From positions 51,026,001-51,090,000 of the forward strand of contig OX597817.1 of the NCBI GenBank assembly GCA_951406725.2: DNA of 64,000 nucleotides, in the 5' to 3' direction. The position numbers were made by a program, and so were the translations under genes. The notes beneath the pieces are model-generated. The model was not told the origin of the DNA. It ran no database searches and saw nothing but the letters and a program-made list of their open reading frames with translations. Below are positions 1 through 13,124 of this stretch, one piece after another. The DNA is from Octopus vulgaris (lineage: Eukaryota). The first letter of the stretch is position 1. Each line of letters begins with the position of its first letter.

Positions 1-186
1 TGTGTGTCTGTGTTTGTCCCCCAACATCGCTTGACAACCGATGCTGGTGTGTTTACGTCCCCGTAACGTAGCGGTTCGGCAAAATAAGTACTACACTTAC
101 AAAGAATAAGTCTTGGGGTGGATTTGCTCGACTAAAGGGGTTGCTCCAGCATGACCACAGTCACTTGACTGAAACAAGTAAAAGAG
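1..186 (+). mobile_element. tRNA-derived SINE family A, 3' half
   Basis: Matches the 3' half of the full copies at 15671, 39490 and 53372 (caacatcgcttgacaaccgatgctggtgtgtttacgtccccgtaac ... ctccagcatg ... gactgaaacaagtaaaagagt). Confidence 0.85.
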
Positions 187-539
187 TCAAAGTGAAGTTA
201 TTAAAAATTGAAACCCATCAGTGACTTTTGGAACACCCTATATTACAAAATTTAGGATAAAATCACTTTGATCATTTTATCAAGTGGCCAGCGTGAAATA
301 AAAACCTTGTAAGTAACATTTTATACTAAATTATAATTATGTAAATAATTATATTCAAGGATGGGAATAAACCCCGCCAACACGCTCGAAATAGAGGTCA
401 AATGGCTCTAAAAATCCGCTTACAACATGTGCTAATAGAGAATGGAAGTGTTTTTTAGCGCCATTTGGCGGCAGTTTCTATCATGTTGGTGCGATGTATG
501 CGCACTCTTTAATATAATTATGTGAATAATTATGAATTA

Positions 540-542
540 GTG

Positions 543-598
<56 letters not shown>

Positions 599-900
599 TA
601 TGTATATATATATGTGTGTGTGTGTGTGTGTTAGTAGCGCTATTAACACGAATTTTGTTTGTATTAATATCTATTTACTCTATGCATAAACTTGTATAAT
701 CGCACGTGCATATATTAAGTATATACTGAGTACACACAGTCACGCACGCACACACAAACAAACAACTACACACGCGTATGTGTGCGCACACAAGTGTACG
801 AAAGTTTACATGGATGTGTGTGTGTGTGTGTGCATACAGATAGATATATACATGCATGCATACATACATACATACATACATACACACATACATACATACA

Positions 901-934
<34 letters not shown>

Positions 935-1010
935 CATACATGCATACATACATACGTAAATGCATACATACATACAGACAGACAGAAACACAGACAGATT
1001 GACTGAGATA
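540..1010. repeat. Compound microsatellites (TA)n, (TG)n, (CATA)n
   Basis: Directly visible; explains ORFs 675-1034. Confidence 0.95.
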
Positions 1011-2289
1011 GCTAAGTACGATATATGTATACATCTTTGGAATTCATTTTTAATATTTTTGATTTTTTTGTGCCTTCTTTTTTTGCATCTTTTAAACTTT
1101 GCTTAATTCAAACCTGTCACGAACGAAGTGACATGTCTCTTTTACTTAAATGAAAACAGCTCTTGGGGTTTGCAGTTACTTGATTTGGTTGATGAATGCA
1201 TTTGTTAGTGCGTGTCACGACAGAACACTAATGTATGTTTCATTGGTTTTGTGGGTGGAGATTCATATGCATTCCATACGAACATGTTTTTATGTGCATA
1301 CGTTCATTCAAATCTCTATTAATGGTTTACACAGTCTTCCTATTTCCCGAATCGATTGTGTCTTGAGAGTGCGAATCAATCTATTCTGTTCTTTTTTTAG
1401 TGGGCGGAGCCAATTTGAGGTAAACTTATGCATTTGTAGATTTCTATGGAGATCTGTTCTTAAACAGCCCACTGTGATTGTTTTAATAGGAATTTATGAA
1501 AATATATAGGGAGTATATACGTGATTATAACGTTGCATGCAGATGTTTAGGGTAACTGTTCTCTTTAACGGGGCACAGATATTGCTCCTTATGTCTATAT
1601 TTAAGAGCAGAAAATATTTTTGGGTTTCAAAAAGGATTTTATCCCTTATATGTACTGTTCATCACTATTTACTTGTTGGAAAATAATATATTTCTACATG
1701 TTTGTGAGTGTGTATATATATACACATATACACTCCTGTCACAATCTGGGACCTTGAAGACTGCTTTAATGCAAGAGAGTATACTAGTCCTTTAATATTT
1801 GATATTCAACATTTCATCAATTCAATAAGACAATCAATACTTCATTTCATTATACTATATATACTTTTTATACTAGATATTCTATATTCTACATTAATAT
1901 TATGAAGAACATAAATAAAGCATCAAAAACAGAGCTGGAAATTCTTTGAATAATATATGTATGTATGTATGTATGTGTTTATGTATGTATGTATGTATGT
2001 ATGTATGCATGTATGTATGTATGTATGCTTGCATGTATGTATATATAAACGAATGTGTATGGTTGCAGATATATGCATGGCTTTTTTTTTTATCACTGGT
2101 GGTGTGCTTTAGTGCACAGATAGTAAAACAATATAAATGCAGTGGCTTAACAATTACCCAACCTGATTTAATTCACACCGAATTGTAAAACCTGATAATA
2201 CATATGACCTTCAATGGCTATTGCATGTCACGACATTCAAGCAACCACACCTACTGATAACAACTTACTGGGAACACCTACAAAACGTT

Positions 2290-2320
<31 letters not shown>

Positions 2321-2348
2321 CAGTCACACAAAATACATATATAGTATA

Positions 2349-2396
<48 letters not shown>

Positions 2397-2737
2397 CAGT
2401 CACACAAAATACATATATAGTATATTCATATATAGCATAATATGTATTCTTAACTTGAGTCAATATCCACAGTTACAAATAAAAACATTTTAGCGGGAAT
2501 TTCGTATATATATATTGCTTATAATCTCTATATTTGGAAGAACATATTTTAAACTCTGTTGAACTTTTGGACTTTACTCATAGGATATTGGAATGTTGCA
2601 TGTATACTATTATGCCTAAAAAATGCATTTACAACTACAATATCCATAGATATCTTGCATCTGTTATCTTTCCTCCATCTCACTCTCTGTTTTGTATCAC
2701 ATCGAAACTAACTATGACTTAACTATCTTCTCACACC

Positions 2738-2789
2738 GTCTCCGATGAAGGGATATTATTAATAAATATCCTGGAAACAGCTGTAAGAC
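2738..2789 (+). ncRNA. Minimal type I hammerhead-ribozyme-like motif (Penelope pLTR type)
   Basis: GTCT-CCGATGA-ag GGATATT attaata AATATCC tg-GAA-ACAGCTGT-A-AGAC: stem I GTCT/AGAC, core variant CCGAUGA, 7-bp stem II, palindromic stem III, GUA cleavage triplet. The closing pair of stem II is non-canonical. Confidence 0.6.
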
Positions 2790-2895
2790 CTATCTATAAA
2801 TGCTCTAATATCTACAAAGCCTTGTTTTTTTATCTTATTACACAAAAATTTCTTATATATATATATATCTTCTTATTTTAAATCTTCACATGCAC

Positions 2896-3105
2896 CTCGT
2901 TTGTTTTTGAATTGTCGACTACACAGCATAGTAGAATTAGTTGGGCACCGTCTGTGAGAAAAAAACAGCACCATGACGCAATTCTCTCGGCCAGAAATTT
3001 GGAAACGACATGCTGTACTACTTGGCATTCGCACTGGATTCTCCAATACGAATATTTTAGACAGTTGTGTGTCAATCTGAGATCAGTGCAATCTGGGTAC
3101 ATGTA
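2896..3105 (-). CDS. Possible isolated coding exon (210 nt, phase 0/0), product unknown
   Basis: Acceptor tttcatcattttcAG, 70 open codons (YMYPDCTDLR...NSKTNE), weak donor GTgcat; not repetitive. No homology recognised. Confidence 0.2.
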
Positions 3106-3406
3106 CTGAAAATGATGAAAATCAAACACTCAATCAATATCAATGAGCTTGAAGTGATCACTAGTGATGGCGACACTATACCTCAAGTCATCTCCCCATA
3201 CGACCTGAGATGATATATATATATAATGAAGGGAAACGTTCAATTGTCAATAATTTTGACTATATGTATTCATGCGTATATGTATTTATATGCATGAATA
3301 CATGTGTACATGTATTCACACACGTATATGCTCATAATATATACATGTATTCTGTTGCACTGATATCACATATTACACACAGATAGACACACACACACAT
3401 ACACAT

Positions 3407-3459
<53 letters not shown>

Positions 3460-3571
3460 CACAAATATATACATATATATACATACATATATATATTTAT
3501 ATAAGAGTGCGTGTATGTGTATGAATATATATATGTACATATAAGTATATATATGTGTATATATATGTATA

Positions 3572-3602
<31 letters not shown>

Positions 3603-3623
3603 CCATTCACATACAGACACTCG

Positions 3624-3654
<31 letters not shown>

Positions 3655-3749
3655 ATATATATATATTAATAAATAAAATAAAACATATGCATATATATAT
3701 AAACATATATGTACGTACCTACCTCTACATGTACATATACACGCATATA

Positions 3750-4180
3750 TGAGTACAGGACACCAAAAAGACGTCGAACACAATGAGAAACGAAAACATA
3801 GACACAAACCAAAGGAACTGGACATTTTTTTTAAACAACAAAAAAATAGAGTACAGGACAATTAACACAAAGAAAAAACCCTTCTTCAGTCGCTATGGTT
3901 TCATCTACTCTACGCTTCGAAGGTGAAAGCGACACGTATCTTCGACAAGAAACTTTCCTTCCTGCGAAAAGCAAATCAATTAAAATTCTGAGATCTTTTC
4001 GCAGAGGGGTAAAAAATGGTAACAAAAACAGGACAGTAACGACAGTACAAATTATAAACAGTAAAAGACAGGACAAGGAAAAACAACCGAACGAAAAATA
4101 CGCCGAACGAAAAAAAGTATTGCGAACGCGGATTCTTTTATGAACGACGAGCGGAGCACAGTAAAACCAGTGTACATACA
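3750..4180. repeat. Dispersed-repeat-like cassette after a TA-rich microsatellite, possibly a Penelope-like terminal remnant
   Basis: A-rich cassette with duplicated gagtacaggaca, similar in style to the cassettes at 41750 and 44060; only degenerate hammerhead-like words on the minus strand. Confidence 0.3.
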
Positions 4181-4603
4181 TATGAAGGTACACATTTTTT
4201 TTGTATTGTATAAATTGCTGTTTACCTGTCTTATGTGGTCCCGTGTTTCACTCTGATTCATAAAACATTCATTGAAGCAAAGGACATGTTCTCATTGTCA
4301 CATTGTCATAGATAAACGAAACTTGCTAAATGGTTTCATGCCAGGGGTTTGAATAAAAAAAATGCATAAATAAATGCCTCAAAGCTAAGAGAGACCTGCA
4401 AAGTCTAATGCTTTTCTTTCATCAGCGTAGTATATAAGCCATGTATGAATAGGTTTTTCGAGAAGCGGGCCGTATCATCAGACGGTGTGCGCTACTAAAA
4501 GAACTCTCTAAGTAATATTTCACTAAGTAGACCGTTCATAAACCCTCAAAGCCCAAATGCAGATTTCACAACGGCACACATAAAGCTTTCTTTAAATACT
4601 TTT

Positions 4604-5000
4604 AAGACGGCGAGCTAGCAGAGTCGTTAGTACGCCGGGCGAAATGCGTAGCCGTATTCCGTCGGCCATTACGTTCTGAGATCAAATTCAGTCGATGTCC
4701 ACTTTGCCTTTCATCCTTTTGGGGTCGATTAAATAAGTATCAGTTACGCACTGGGGTCGATATAGTCGACTTAATCCCTTTATCTGTCCTTGTTTATCCC
4801 CTCTGCGTTTTGCCCCTTGTGGGTAGTAAAGAAATAGGTATTTCGTCTGCCGCTACTTTCTGAGTTCGAATTCCACCGAGGTCGACTTTGCCTTTCATCC
4901 ATTCGGGGTCGATAAATCAAATACCAGTCGCGTACTTGGGTCGATGTTATCGACTGGCTCGCTCACATAAAATTTTGGGTCCTCTGCCTTGAGTAGAAAA
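4604..5000 (+). mobile_element. SINE family B, head-to-tail dimer
   Basis: tRNA-like head (ggcgagctagcagagtcgttag ... gagatcaaattc), central gcctttcatcctttcggggtcgat..aagtaccag; second unit starts at ggtatttcgtctgcc (~4837). Confidence 0.85.
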
Positions 5001-5910
5001 TATTATTTTTTACTGCCCATACCTGGGATAATTGGTGTGAGATTGGATAAATATTCTCTTCTGGAACTAAGGTCTAAACAGATCTAGATATGTTTTGAAT
5101 TACAGAAAATATTCCAAAATTTAAATATTCTTGAGTTACAGAAAATATTCGTAGATCCAAATATTGTTTTCAATTATAGAAAATAATCCGTTATATATTC
5201 CTAGAATCTAGGTTGACAGACGTTCTCTTCCCCGACATATATGGTGAAACTCACAAGCAAAGAAGCTATATTTGAATAGTTTAAACTTGCTTATTTCTAT
5301 CGAGTACCTTCTTGAAATTGACGAAACTTTCATCTATTTTATAGCGTTCCCACAGTTTATCACTGAGATATCTATGTATCCATATTTAATAAACGAAGTT
5401 TGATGGCTAGTATATTGCAATGCAATTAGTCAAATTCCATTAGAACATTCTTTGATCAGCAATCCGACACTGTTTGGAGCTGACCACGCTGGTATAACTG
5501 TGTTCAAAGTGTTGTACGATATGGCGAATTATATACAACAGGATGTAAGAAGATTAATGTTATTGATTACCAAACTTTTTCACTGAACTCACTCACGTCA
5601 ATCATGACATTTACAAAAGCTTCCGTATCCAACAATGTCATTACGTTTATCTACGTATCAAATGTCAGGGGATTCTGTAAAGTAAGATGTTTTAGATAGA
5701 GAGTATATTTGTAAATAAACAAAGCTAATCGATCGTATAGTTGTAGGGAATAGAGTTAACGTAAATAAAGTGTAAACTGTGTTGCCTTTTGTAGAGCTTT
5801 TCTCACATTATTTGTATTCAAATGCATTCCGAACAGCGAGTTTGTGTTTAATATCTTTAATCGATCTTTATAGCTCAAAGATTGAATATATTGACGTTTT
5901 GCATTAATAG

Positions 5911-5976
5911 ATCGCAGCAGAACATCAGTTTGTAATAGGAAACATCGCAGCAGAACATCAGTTTGTAATAGGAAAC
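5911..5976. repeat. Perfect 33-bp tandem duplication
   Basis: atcgcagcagaacatcagtttgtaataggaaac x2. Confidence 0.95.
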
Positions 5977-6376
5977 CTTAAAAATAGATTAATCCCAATA
6001 GGCAACAATATTCAAATATGTTTGGAGAAAGGCAAGAGTTGAAGAGAATTTAAAGTCTATACAAACTTAGATGAAGTATCCAACTTACACGAACGCACTC
6101 AAGCATACACGCACGCACGCACGCTCAAACACAGAGTGGAACCCTCACACACGCGTATTTGTTATTCGGAGATATAACCATCATAAGGTACGTAACCATC
6201 CATTTAAAATTTGTGATCTGATTAAATGTATATGTATTCACAGATGATTCCATAAATTACACTTAGAATTTGGAAAATTCAGAAAAATTGCGTGCAAATA
6301 ATGGAAGAACTGTTTTGCAGAATACAGAAAAGAGAAAACCTACAAAAGATACAACTGTCATTATCAGTCCATCAGG

Positions 6377-6548
6377 AGGCCCGACGAAATTCATAACGGT
6401 ATTTCGCCCGTCGCTACTTTCTGAGTTCAAATTCCACCGAGGTCGACTTCGCATTTCATCCTTTCGGAGTCGGTTAAATAAGTACCAGTGGAGTACGTGG
6501 GTCGATGTTATCGATTTACTCCCTCCCACAAAATTTTAGGCCTTGTGC
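6377..6548 (+). mobile_element. SINE family B, 5'-truncated
   Basis: ttctgagttcaaattccaccgaggtcgacttcgcatttcatcctttcgg with the alternative tail (aaaattttaggccttgtgc). Confidence 0.8.
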
Positions 6549-6608
6549 TAACAGTACAACGGATTATTAAGTTCATCGGGAGTATTTATTTTAAACAAGC
6601 AATAGAAT

Positions 6609-6675
<67 letters not shown>

Positions 6676-7146
6676 ACGAGCAGGATAAAAGAGAATTTCT
6701 GTCGTAAATTCGCTTAACAAAAATGAATTGCACAAAATTTTTTATCGTTATTCGTATGTAATCTCAATTCTGTTACGGATAATTAAACTAATCAATTCGT
6801 CTCCAGATACACTTTTATATACATGCATACCTATATACACACACACACACACACACACTCATACTTACATAGTTAAATATATATGTGTCTGTCTAGATAT
6901 GAAATTATATGTATAAGAATACATAAAACAGTCAAATCTGCACATATATACATACATGCATACATACATACATACATACATACAAACACAAATACTCTGT
7001 TGTTGATGTTGAAAATCCAATAAAGGAGACTCGGGTCTGGGTTAGAAACCGGTTCTTCCTCTATTGGCAAGAATATTTTAAATAAACTGAATAATGACAT
7101 GCAGTATGTATATCTATCTATCTATATATATATATATATAAACATC

Positions 7147-7203
<57 letters not shown>

Positions 7204-8333
7204 ACACACACACACACACACAGACGATATCCTTGAATTACACTTATACAAATAACTTTTAACAGCAGTGAAAAATATTTTTAAATGATTAAAATATTGT
7301 GTACCTCAAAAAGTCAAAGTTTTTCTTTCTTGGAGAGCTTGAAGATTATATGAGGATATATGTCACAGACAGCGGACGTGTATTTATGTTGATTGACACG
7401 CCATAACATTCATTATATGTGTGTGTAGTGTGTGTATTCTGTATGTGTGTCTATGTGTTGATGTCACGGAAGCTATGTTCTTTTTCCGTCCAGAAATAAC
7501 AAACACAAATTTTGTTTAATCGTTTTCATTAATAAATAGATGTCCAAATATTACTAAAGTTATTATGCCGAAGTATGAAAATAAATACGCCAAAATTTAA
7601 GATAAACTATACTATTTCTGAGATATTTCGGGTACAAACAAACATCTCTAGAGTTTTATATTATTAAGATTAGTGCCTCTAACTTATTCGTCGTGGAAAT
7701 ACGATACGATAAATCATTTCTAGTAAAAGAATAAAGAGATAAGGTGTGAAATAGTGTAACATTTGAACTACAGTGTAATAGAGCCTTGAATGGAATGCTA
7801 TGTAATTGATTCTCGGTCAGTCACTAATGGAAATTATCGATTTTTTTAATCATCAAGCAGGCGATATGTAATTGTATGAAAAACATGTACTTTCCCACCC
7901 AGAGCACATTCCGTTAGTTTGATTTCCTCCATGCTTCCTTATAGGCAACTTTCCTTCATAGGGAATTGTGGTCTCGGATGTAAACTACAAGGCATTCGTC
8001 AAAGTTTGCATTTGTATCGCACAAGATTAATTGTAATTGCTCAGTCATTTTCTTTACTACCCTACATTATCCATTGTATATCTAGTAATAATATTTCGTA
8101 TTTTAAACTTTGGAACAAGGCTATTAATTTCGGTGAAGAGACAAGTTGCTTACATTGACCCTAGTACTCAACTGGTAATTATTTAATCTATCTTGGGGCA
8201 TGAAAAACAATGTCGATTCTAGCGGCATTTGAACTCAGAACCTAAAGACGAACGAATTACCGCTAAGCATTTTGTGGCTAATGATTCTAGCAGTTGGCTA
8301 CCTTACTTCGCATTTTAATATTAATGTGTAAGG

Positions 8334-8840
8334 CAAGCGGCGAGCTGGCAGAAACGTTAGCACACTGGGCGAAATGTTTTGCCGTATTTCGTCTGCCGCT
8401 ACGTTCTGAGTTCAAATTCCGCTGAGGCCGACTTTGCCTTTCATTTTTTTGGAGTCGATAAATTAAGGAGCAGTTACGCACTGAGGTCCTTGTTTATCCT
8501 CTCTGTGTTTAGCCCCTTGTGGGTAATGTACAAATAGGTATTTCGTCTGCCTCTACGTTCTGAGTTCAAATTCCGCCGAGGTCGACTTTGCCTTTCATCC
8601 TTTCGGGGTCAACAAATTAGGTACCGGTTGCGTACAGGGGTCAATCTAATCGACTGGTGCCCTGCAGTCGATTAGAATATTAATGTGTAAGGTAGTGAGC
8701 TGGCAGAATCGTTAGCAGGCCAGCAAATATGCTTAGCGGTAATTCGTCACTCCTTACGTTCTGAGTTCAAATTCCACGAATCCGACTTCGTCTTTCCTCA
8801 TTTCGCAGTCAAGAGAATAGGTACCAGTTGAGTACAGCGA
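8334..8840 (+). mobile_element. SINE B dimer followed by an older SINE B copy
   Basis: Dimer 8334-8675 flanked by 17-bp direct repeat aatattaatgtgtaagg (8317-8333, 8676-8692); a further diverged copy runs 8688-8840. An inverted decayed copy lies at ~8150-8305. Confidence 0.85.
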
Positions 8841-9237
8841 GGGCAGCTCGTTGCCAAAATACGAAACCGTTATTAATGTTGAACATTCCGTTTCCCATCA
8901 TATAATAAACGATATAGTCAATGTACTATTCGAGAGTGATTATTGATATTGAATAATTAAATTATAAGGAAATAATTATAAAGAAGAACTTGGTGCAGTA
9001 TTCTTTCTTCGAAATAATTACAGCGCTTCATCTTTAGTGGGGCTGCAAATAAGAAATTGTACCTCAAGTGTAATTCATATTGTTAATTTACGTTGAACAA
9101 TTAAAATACAAAGGTACAAGTTCAATGCTTCGTAGCACTATATTTTTCCTAATATTCCTATGGTTTCTACCATTGTTATACATTAGATGTTCAATGATAG
9201 TTAAATATAGATATGTATACAATCATGGGTGTATATA

Positions 9238-9485
9238 TTGGGTTGGAATTTAATTATTGCGGCTTTTTTTCAACAAATGTTATTCAACAAAAACAATAAC
9301 AATATTTAACAAAAACATCTTTAAATGACGGTCTGACCGTCTGCCAATCAAAGGGGAAGCAGTAATTGAAGTAGATGGTGAATACGCTCCGTAATAATCA
9401 ATTAAAGATGTTTTTGTAACATGTTATTGTTTTTGTTGAAGAAAATTTGTTGAAAAAAAGCCGCAGTAATTATGCACCAACCCAG
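9238..9485 (+). mobile_element. mariner-derived MITE with ~85-bp imperfect TIRs
   Basis: TA|TTGGGTTGG..taattattgcggcttttttt and its reverse complement aaaaaaagccgcagtaattatgcaccaaccca; interior encodes LPIKGEAVIEVDGEYAP*, resembling a mariner transposase C-terminus. Confidence 0.85.
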
Positions 9486-9868
9486 TCCTTATATAAGTAT
9501 ACATACAAACTAGCGTGATTACTTTATATCTCCAATTATATGTGAGGTATGAGTGTGTGTGTGTGTGTGTGTGTAATGTTAAATTGACACAAGATTTTCA
9601 ACATTCGGAGGTTAGTGCTACCATTTTAAACACATGAAGTATTTGAATTTCACTTGAGTTGCATTATAAATTAATTCAAATACGTAATGATTTAATAAAT
9701 GATTTTTTTTATAAAACTCATTTCGTCCCAACCTGTAACTGTATTTAAAGGCGTCCATGGCTGTTTCAAACTTCATACAAAGTTGCTACGCGGTGAGGGG
9801 AGACACAAACACATGCACATATACAAACCCACCCACAAATACACGTACACACAAACACAGAGGCATAT

Positions 9869-9939
<71 letters not shown>

Positions 9940-9954
9940 CACGCACGCACACGT

Positions 9955-10117
9955 ATGCGACGGGCTTCTTTCTGTTTCCGTCTACTAAAGCACACAAGGC
10001 TTTTCGTCGCGCGCGGGTCTAAACTAGACGACACGTGCCCAAAGTGCCACGCAGTAGGATTGAACCCGATATTACGTGGCTGTGGAACGAACTTTCTGCC
10101 ACATAGCCATGCTGGCG
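9955..10117 (-). mobile_element. SINE family A, decayed 5' half
   Basis: Reverse complement of the family A head (acgggcttctttctgtttccgtctac ... gccacatagcca). Confidence 0.75.
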
Positions 10118-10599
10118 TATATATATATGGAGAATGTGCAAGAGGAAACATCGTTTCCAATGAAGCCAGAGGCATTACGTAATAGTTTTAACAAAACAAA
10201 TAATCAATGAAATTATTTCCTTATAAGTCGACAGATTAACCGATAATTCCTTGAACATAAATAGAAACTGAATGGCATGTAGCACGTGCGATTTAATCGT
10301 TCACACCATGTGTTTTAACATAAAAATTCACAAGAATCTTGTAAAACCGAAATAAATTACAAAAACATTCTAGAACAACGAACCAAGAACACACAAAACA
10401 CAGGGAACAGCGATTTATTGTATTTAGTGCCTGCTCTATACTCCATGACCTGATGAAATTAGGAATATTATTAGATATTATTTGAAACAGATGCAGTCCA
10501 CAATATCCATTCACATAAATATGCTATCAGCCTTATGTTATTCCTTCAGTGATGGGGGAGATAAATAACGCAAATGTTCTGCTTATATATATATATATA

Positions 10600-10925
10600 C
10601 TAGCAGAGATACCTGGCGTTGCCCGTGTTACATGGAATTCAAGAATTAGACATTTCTTTTATATTTTCCCTAATGAACTGGAACACCTATGATTTGAATT
10701 TGGTCAAAATTGGAGATTAAGAATTATAATGGGGGTCTTTCTCTCTTTACACGCCCTAACAAAAATTCTAATTATGACATATTTATCCCATACTACTCAT
10801 CTTTATGCCCAGATTCCAAAATCCAAATCTTGTAAATCCCATTCAAAGGCTTTTGTTCCTGAAACATGGAGCACATGGAGCTCTAAGATGTGGGAGTTAC
10901 GGCCCCTATTATTGGGTGGGGGGGT
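10600..10925 (-). mobile_element. Helitron-like 3' terminus and adjacent body
   Basis: Minus strand reads cgggcaacgccaggta-tctctg-CTAG|T (GC hairpin then CTAG), same style as 14100-14129. Far boundary not determined. Confidence 0.55.
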
Positions 10926-10926
10926 C

Positions 10927-10959
10927 TTAGGGTTAGAGTTAGGTTTAGGGTTAGGGTTA
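10927..10959 (+). repeat. Short degenerate (TTAGGG)n tract
   Basis: ttaggg ttagag ttaggt ttaggg ttaggg tta. Confidence 0.8.
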
Positions 10960-11079
10960 CTACTCAGATGTGATCAAGGCATATTGTCAATAAGCAGATT
11001 CTGAAGCCAGGCTACTATACTACAAAAAATATTGCCACTGTAGCAGATGAACAACTGGATGGGACTTTCCTCCCTGGAA

Positions 11080-11380
11080 CTAAGTCTTGAGTGCTATGTA
11101 ATAATTTATATGTGGTAATTTCTGGGCGGTCTAGTACCTAACTTCAGCGTCAAGGTTTATACAAATGCACGTACTGGATACCATTGTGTCCATAGATATC
11201 GTTCATTCCATCTAAGGTGGTGAAAATGTACTTCAATAACTTTGGATTCAAAGGTCCTCAGCTCTTCAATATTCTGTGAAAAGAATTAAGAAAATCAGAG
11301 AATGTTGATATGGATGTCTTCAAGAAAAGAAATTGAAGTCTTCGATACACAACGTAAGATAAACCAACATCCCACCATGA
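11080..11380 (+). mobile_element. Decayed CR1/L2-group LINE ORF2 3' fragment
   Basis: tttggattcaaaggtcctcagctcttcaatattctg = FGFKGPQLFNIL, matching LGFKGPQLFNIL at ~41450. Confidence 0.6.
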
Positions 11381-11624
11381 AATACGGATGGGGGTGGCGG
11401 TGTGGAACTCAAACAAATACCGAAGATTTTTCGAGGGGAAAAAGCTTATACAAGAATGGTGATTTGAAATTTAAACATGCAGAATTCTCAAACACATACG
11501 AACGCTGTGGAATGGTAACATATTCACGGTCATTCTCCATATAACCACAGTTGCATGGCAAAAAAAACACATAAACGGTTGATAGACAGACAGAGAGATA
11601 GATAGATAGATTTATCTTTAATAT

Positions 11625-11755
11625 TTTACTTTTGCAGTCAACGGGCTGCGACTACGCCAGAGCACCACCTAGAGAAATTTAAGTCGAACGAATTGCTCCA
11701 GGATATTATTTTACAGCCTGGTACTATATATACAAACACACACACACACATATAC

Positions 11756-11814
<59 letters not shown>

Positions 11815-11875
11815 CTTTATAAAAGTTCTGCAAACTATTTACAAGCTTGAAATTTTTTATCTCATTCTGTTAATA

Positions 11876-11970
<95 letters not shown>

Positions 11971-12052
11971 TTATATATATATGTATATATATATATGTAT
12001 ATATATATATACATATATATATATATTATATATATATACATATATATATAAT

Positions 12053-12083
<31 letters not shown>

Positions 12084-12179
12084 TTATATATATATACATG
12101 TATATATATATATACATATATATACATTTATATATATACATGTATATATATATATATACATATATATACATTTATATAT

Positions 12180-12218
<39 letters not shown>

Positions 12219-12355
12219 CATACATACATACGATGAACTTCTTTCAGTTTCCTTTTGCCAAATCCGCTTCCAGGGCATTAGTTAGCCCGAGGGTCTAGTG
12301 AGATACACCTGCCAATGTGGTTGGGAAGCAAACATCTTACTGCGCTGCCACACTA
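11625..12355 (-). mobile_element. SINE family A remnant with a ~500-bp internal microsatellite region
   Basis: Tail remnant 11625-11725 and head remnant 12228-12355, both on the minus strand, flank a TA-rich array. Confidence 0.55.
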
Positions 12356-12752
12356 TGTGTATATATGTATGCATGTATATATGTATGTACGTATTTGTAT
12401 GTATGTGTTCTATAACCACTATAATTCAACCATCTTATGAAGTATAAATCGTTTATGTAATAAATGCAATTCATTCACACATACGTGCACACCGACACAC
12501 ACACACACACACACACATTATAATGATGTAATATAAATGCATTTCTGGTTATCTAATAGTATTTTTTCTTCTCATCTTCTGAAGGTTTTAAAATTTCAAG
12601 AGATGTTTCATGTAGAATTACCTCATAAAGTAAGTACTAACCATTTCTAAATTATCCGTTTTCAGTACACATTGTCAAAGTTATTTACTATTTGTCCCCC
12701 TGCTTTCAACATGTGAATGCTCTTAGTACTTTATCTTGTTGTCTATATACCT

Positions 12753-13110
12753 GTGTGGAGGCGCAATGGCCCAGTGGTTAGGGCAGAGGACTCGCGGTCG
12801 TGGGATTCCGGTTTCGATTCCCAGCCAGGGCGTTGTGAGTGTTTATTGAACTCCACGAATATACCTAAAGCACGGGGTGGTGGCGAACCCTGCTGTATTC
12901 TCTCGCCACAGTTTTCTCTCACTCTTTCTTTCTCTTTCTGTTCTACCTGTATTTCAAAGATCCAGGTTGTCACACACGTTGACACGCTGAATCACCCTAA
13001 AAACTACGTTAAGGGTACATGTGTTTGTGGAGTGCTCAGCTACATGCACGTTAATTTAACGCGAAGGCTGTTCCGTCGATCGGATCAACTGAAACCCTCG
13101 TCGTCACGAT
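12753..13110 (+). mobile_element. tRNA-derived SINE family C
   Basis: gtggaggcgcaatggcccagtggttagggcag..ggtttcgattcccag (A and B boxes); same head at 25210 and 32057. Confidence 0.85.
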
Positions 13111-13124
13111 GTAGCTGTATATTT

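Noticed and set aside
675-1034. YI/VC/HT-repeat ORFs here and at ~3366, 11693, 16511, 21971, 37394, 57632, 60212
   Set aside because: Translations of stop-free microsatellites.
1150-1509. 119-aa ORF
   Set aside because: No recognisable domain or exon signals.
7017-7056. Hammerhead-like ccaataa...GAAACCGGTT
   Set aside because: Palindromic stem III is present but the 5' core has several mismatches; not called as a feature.
12753-12830. tRNA gene-like sequences (also 24958, 25210, 28322, 32057)
   Set aside because: They are SINE heads continuing into shared bodies, without a clean cloverleaf.
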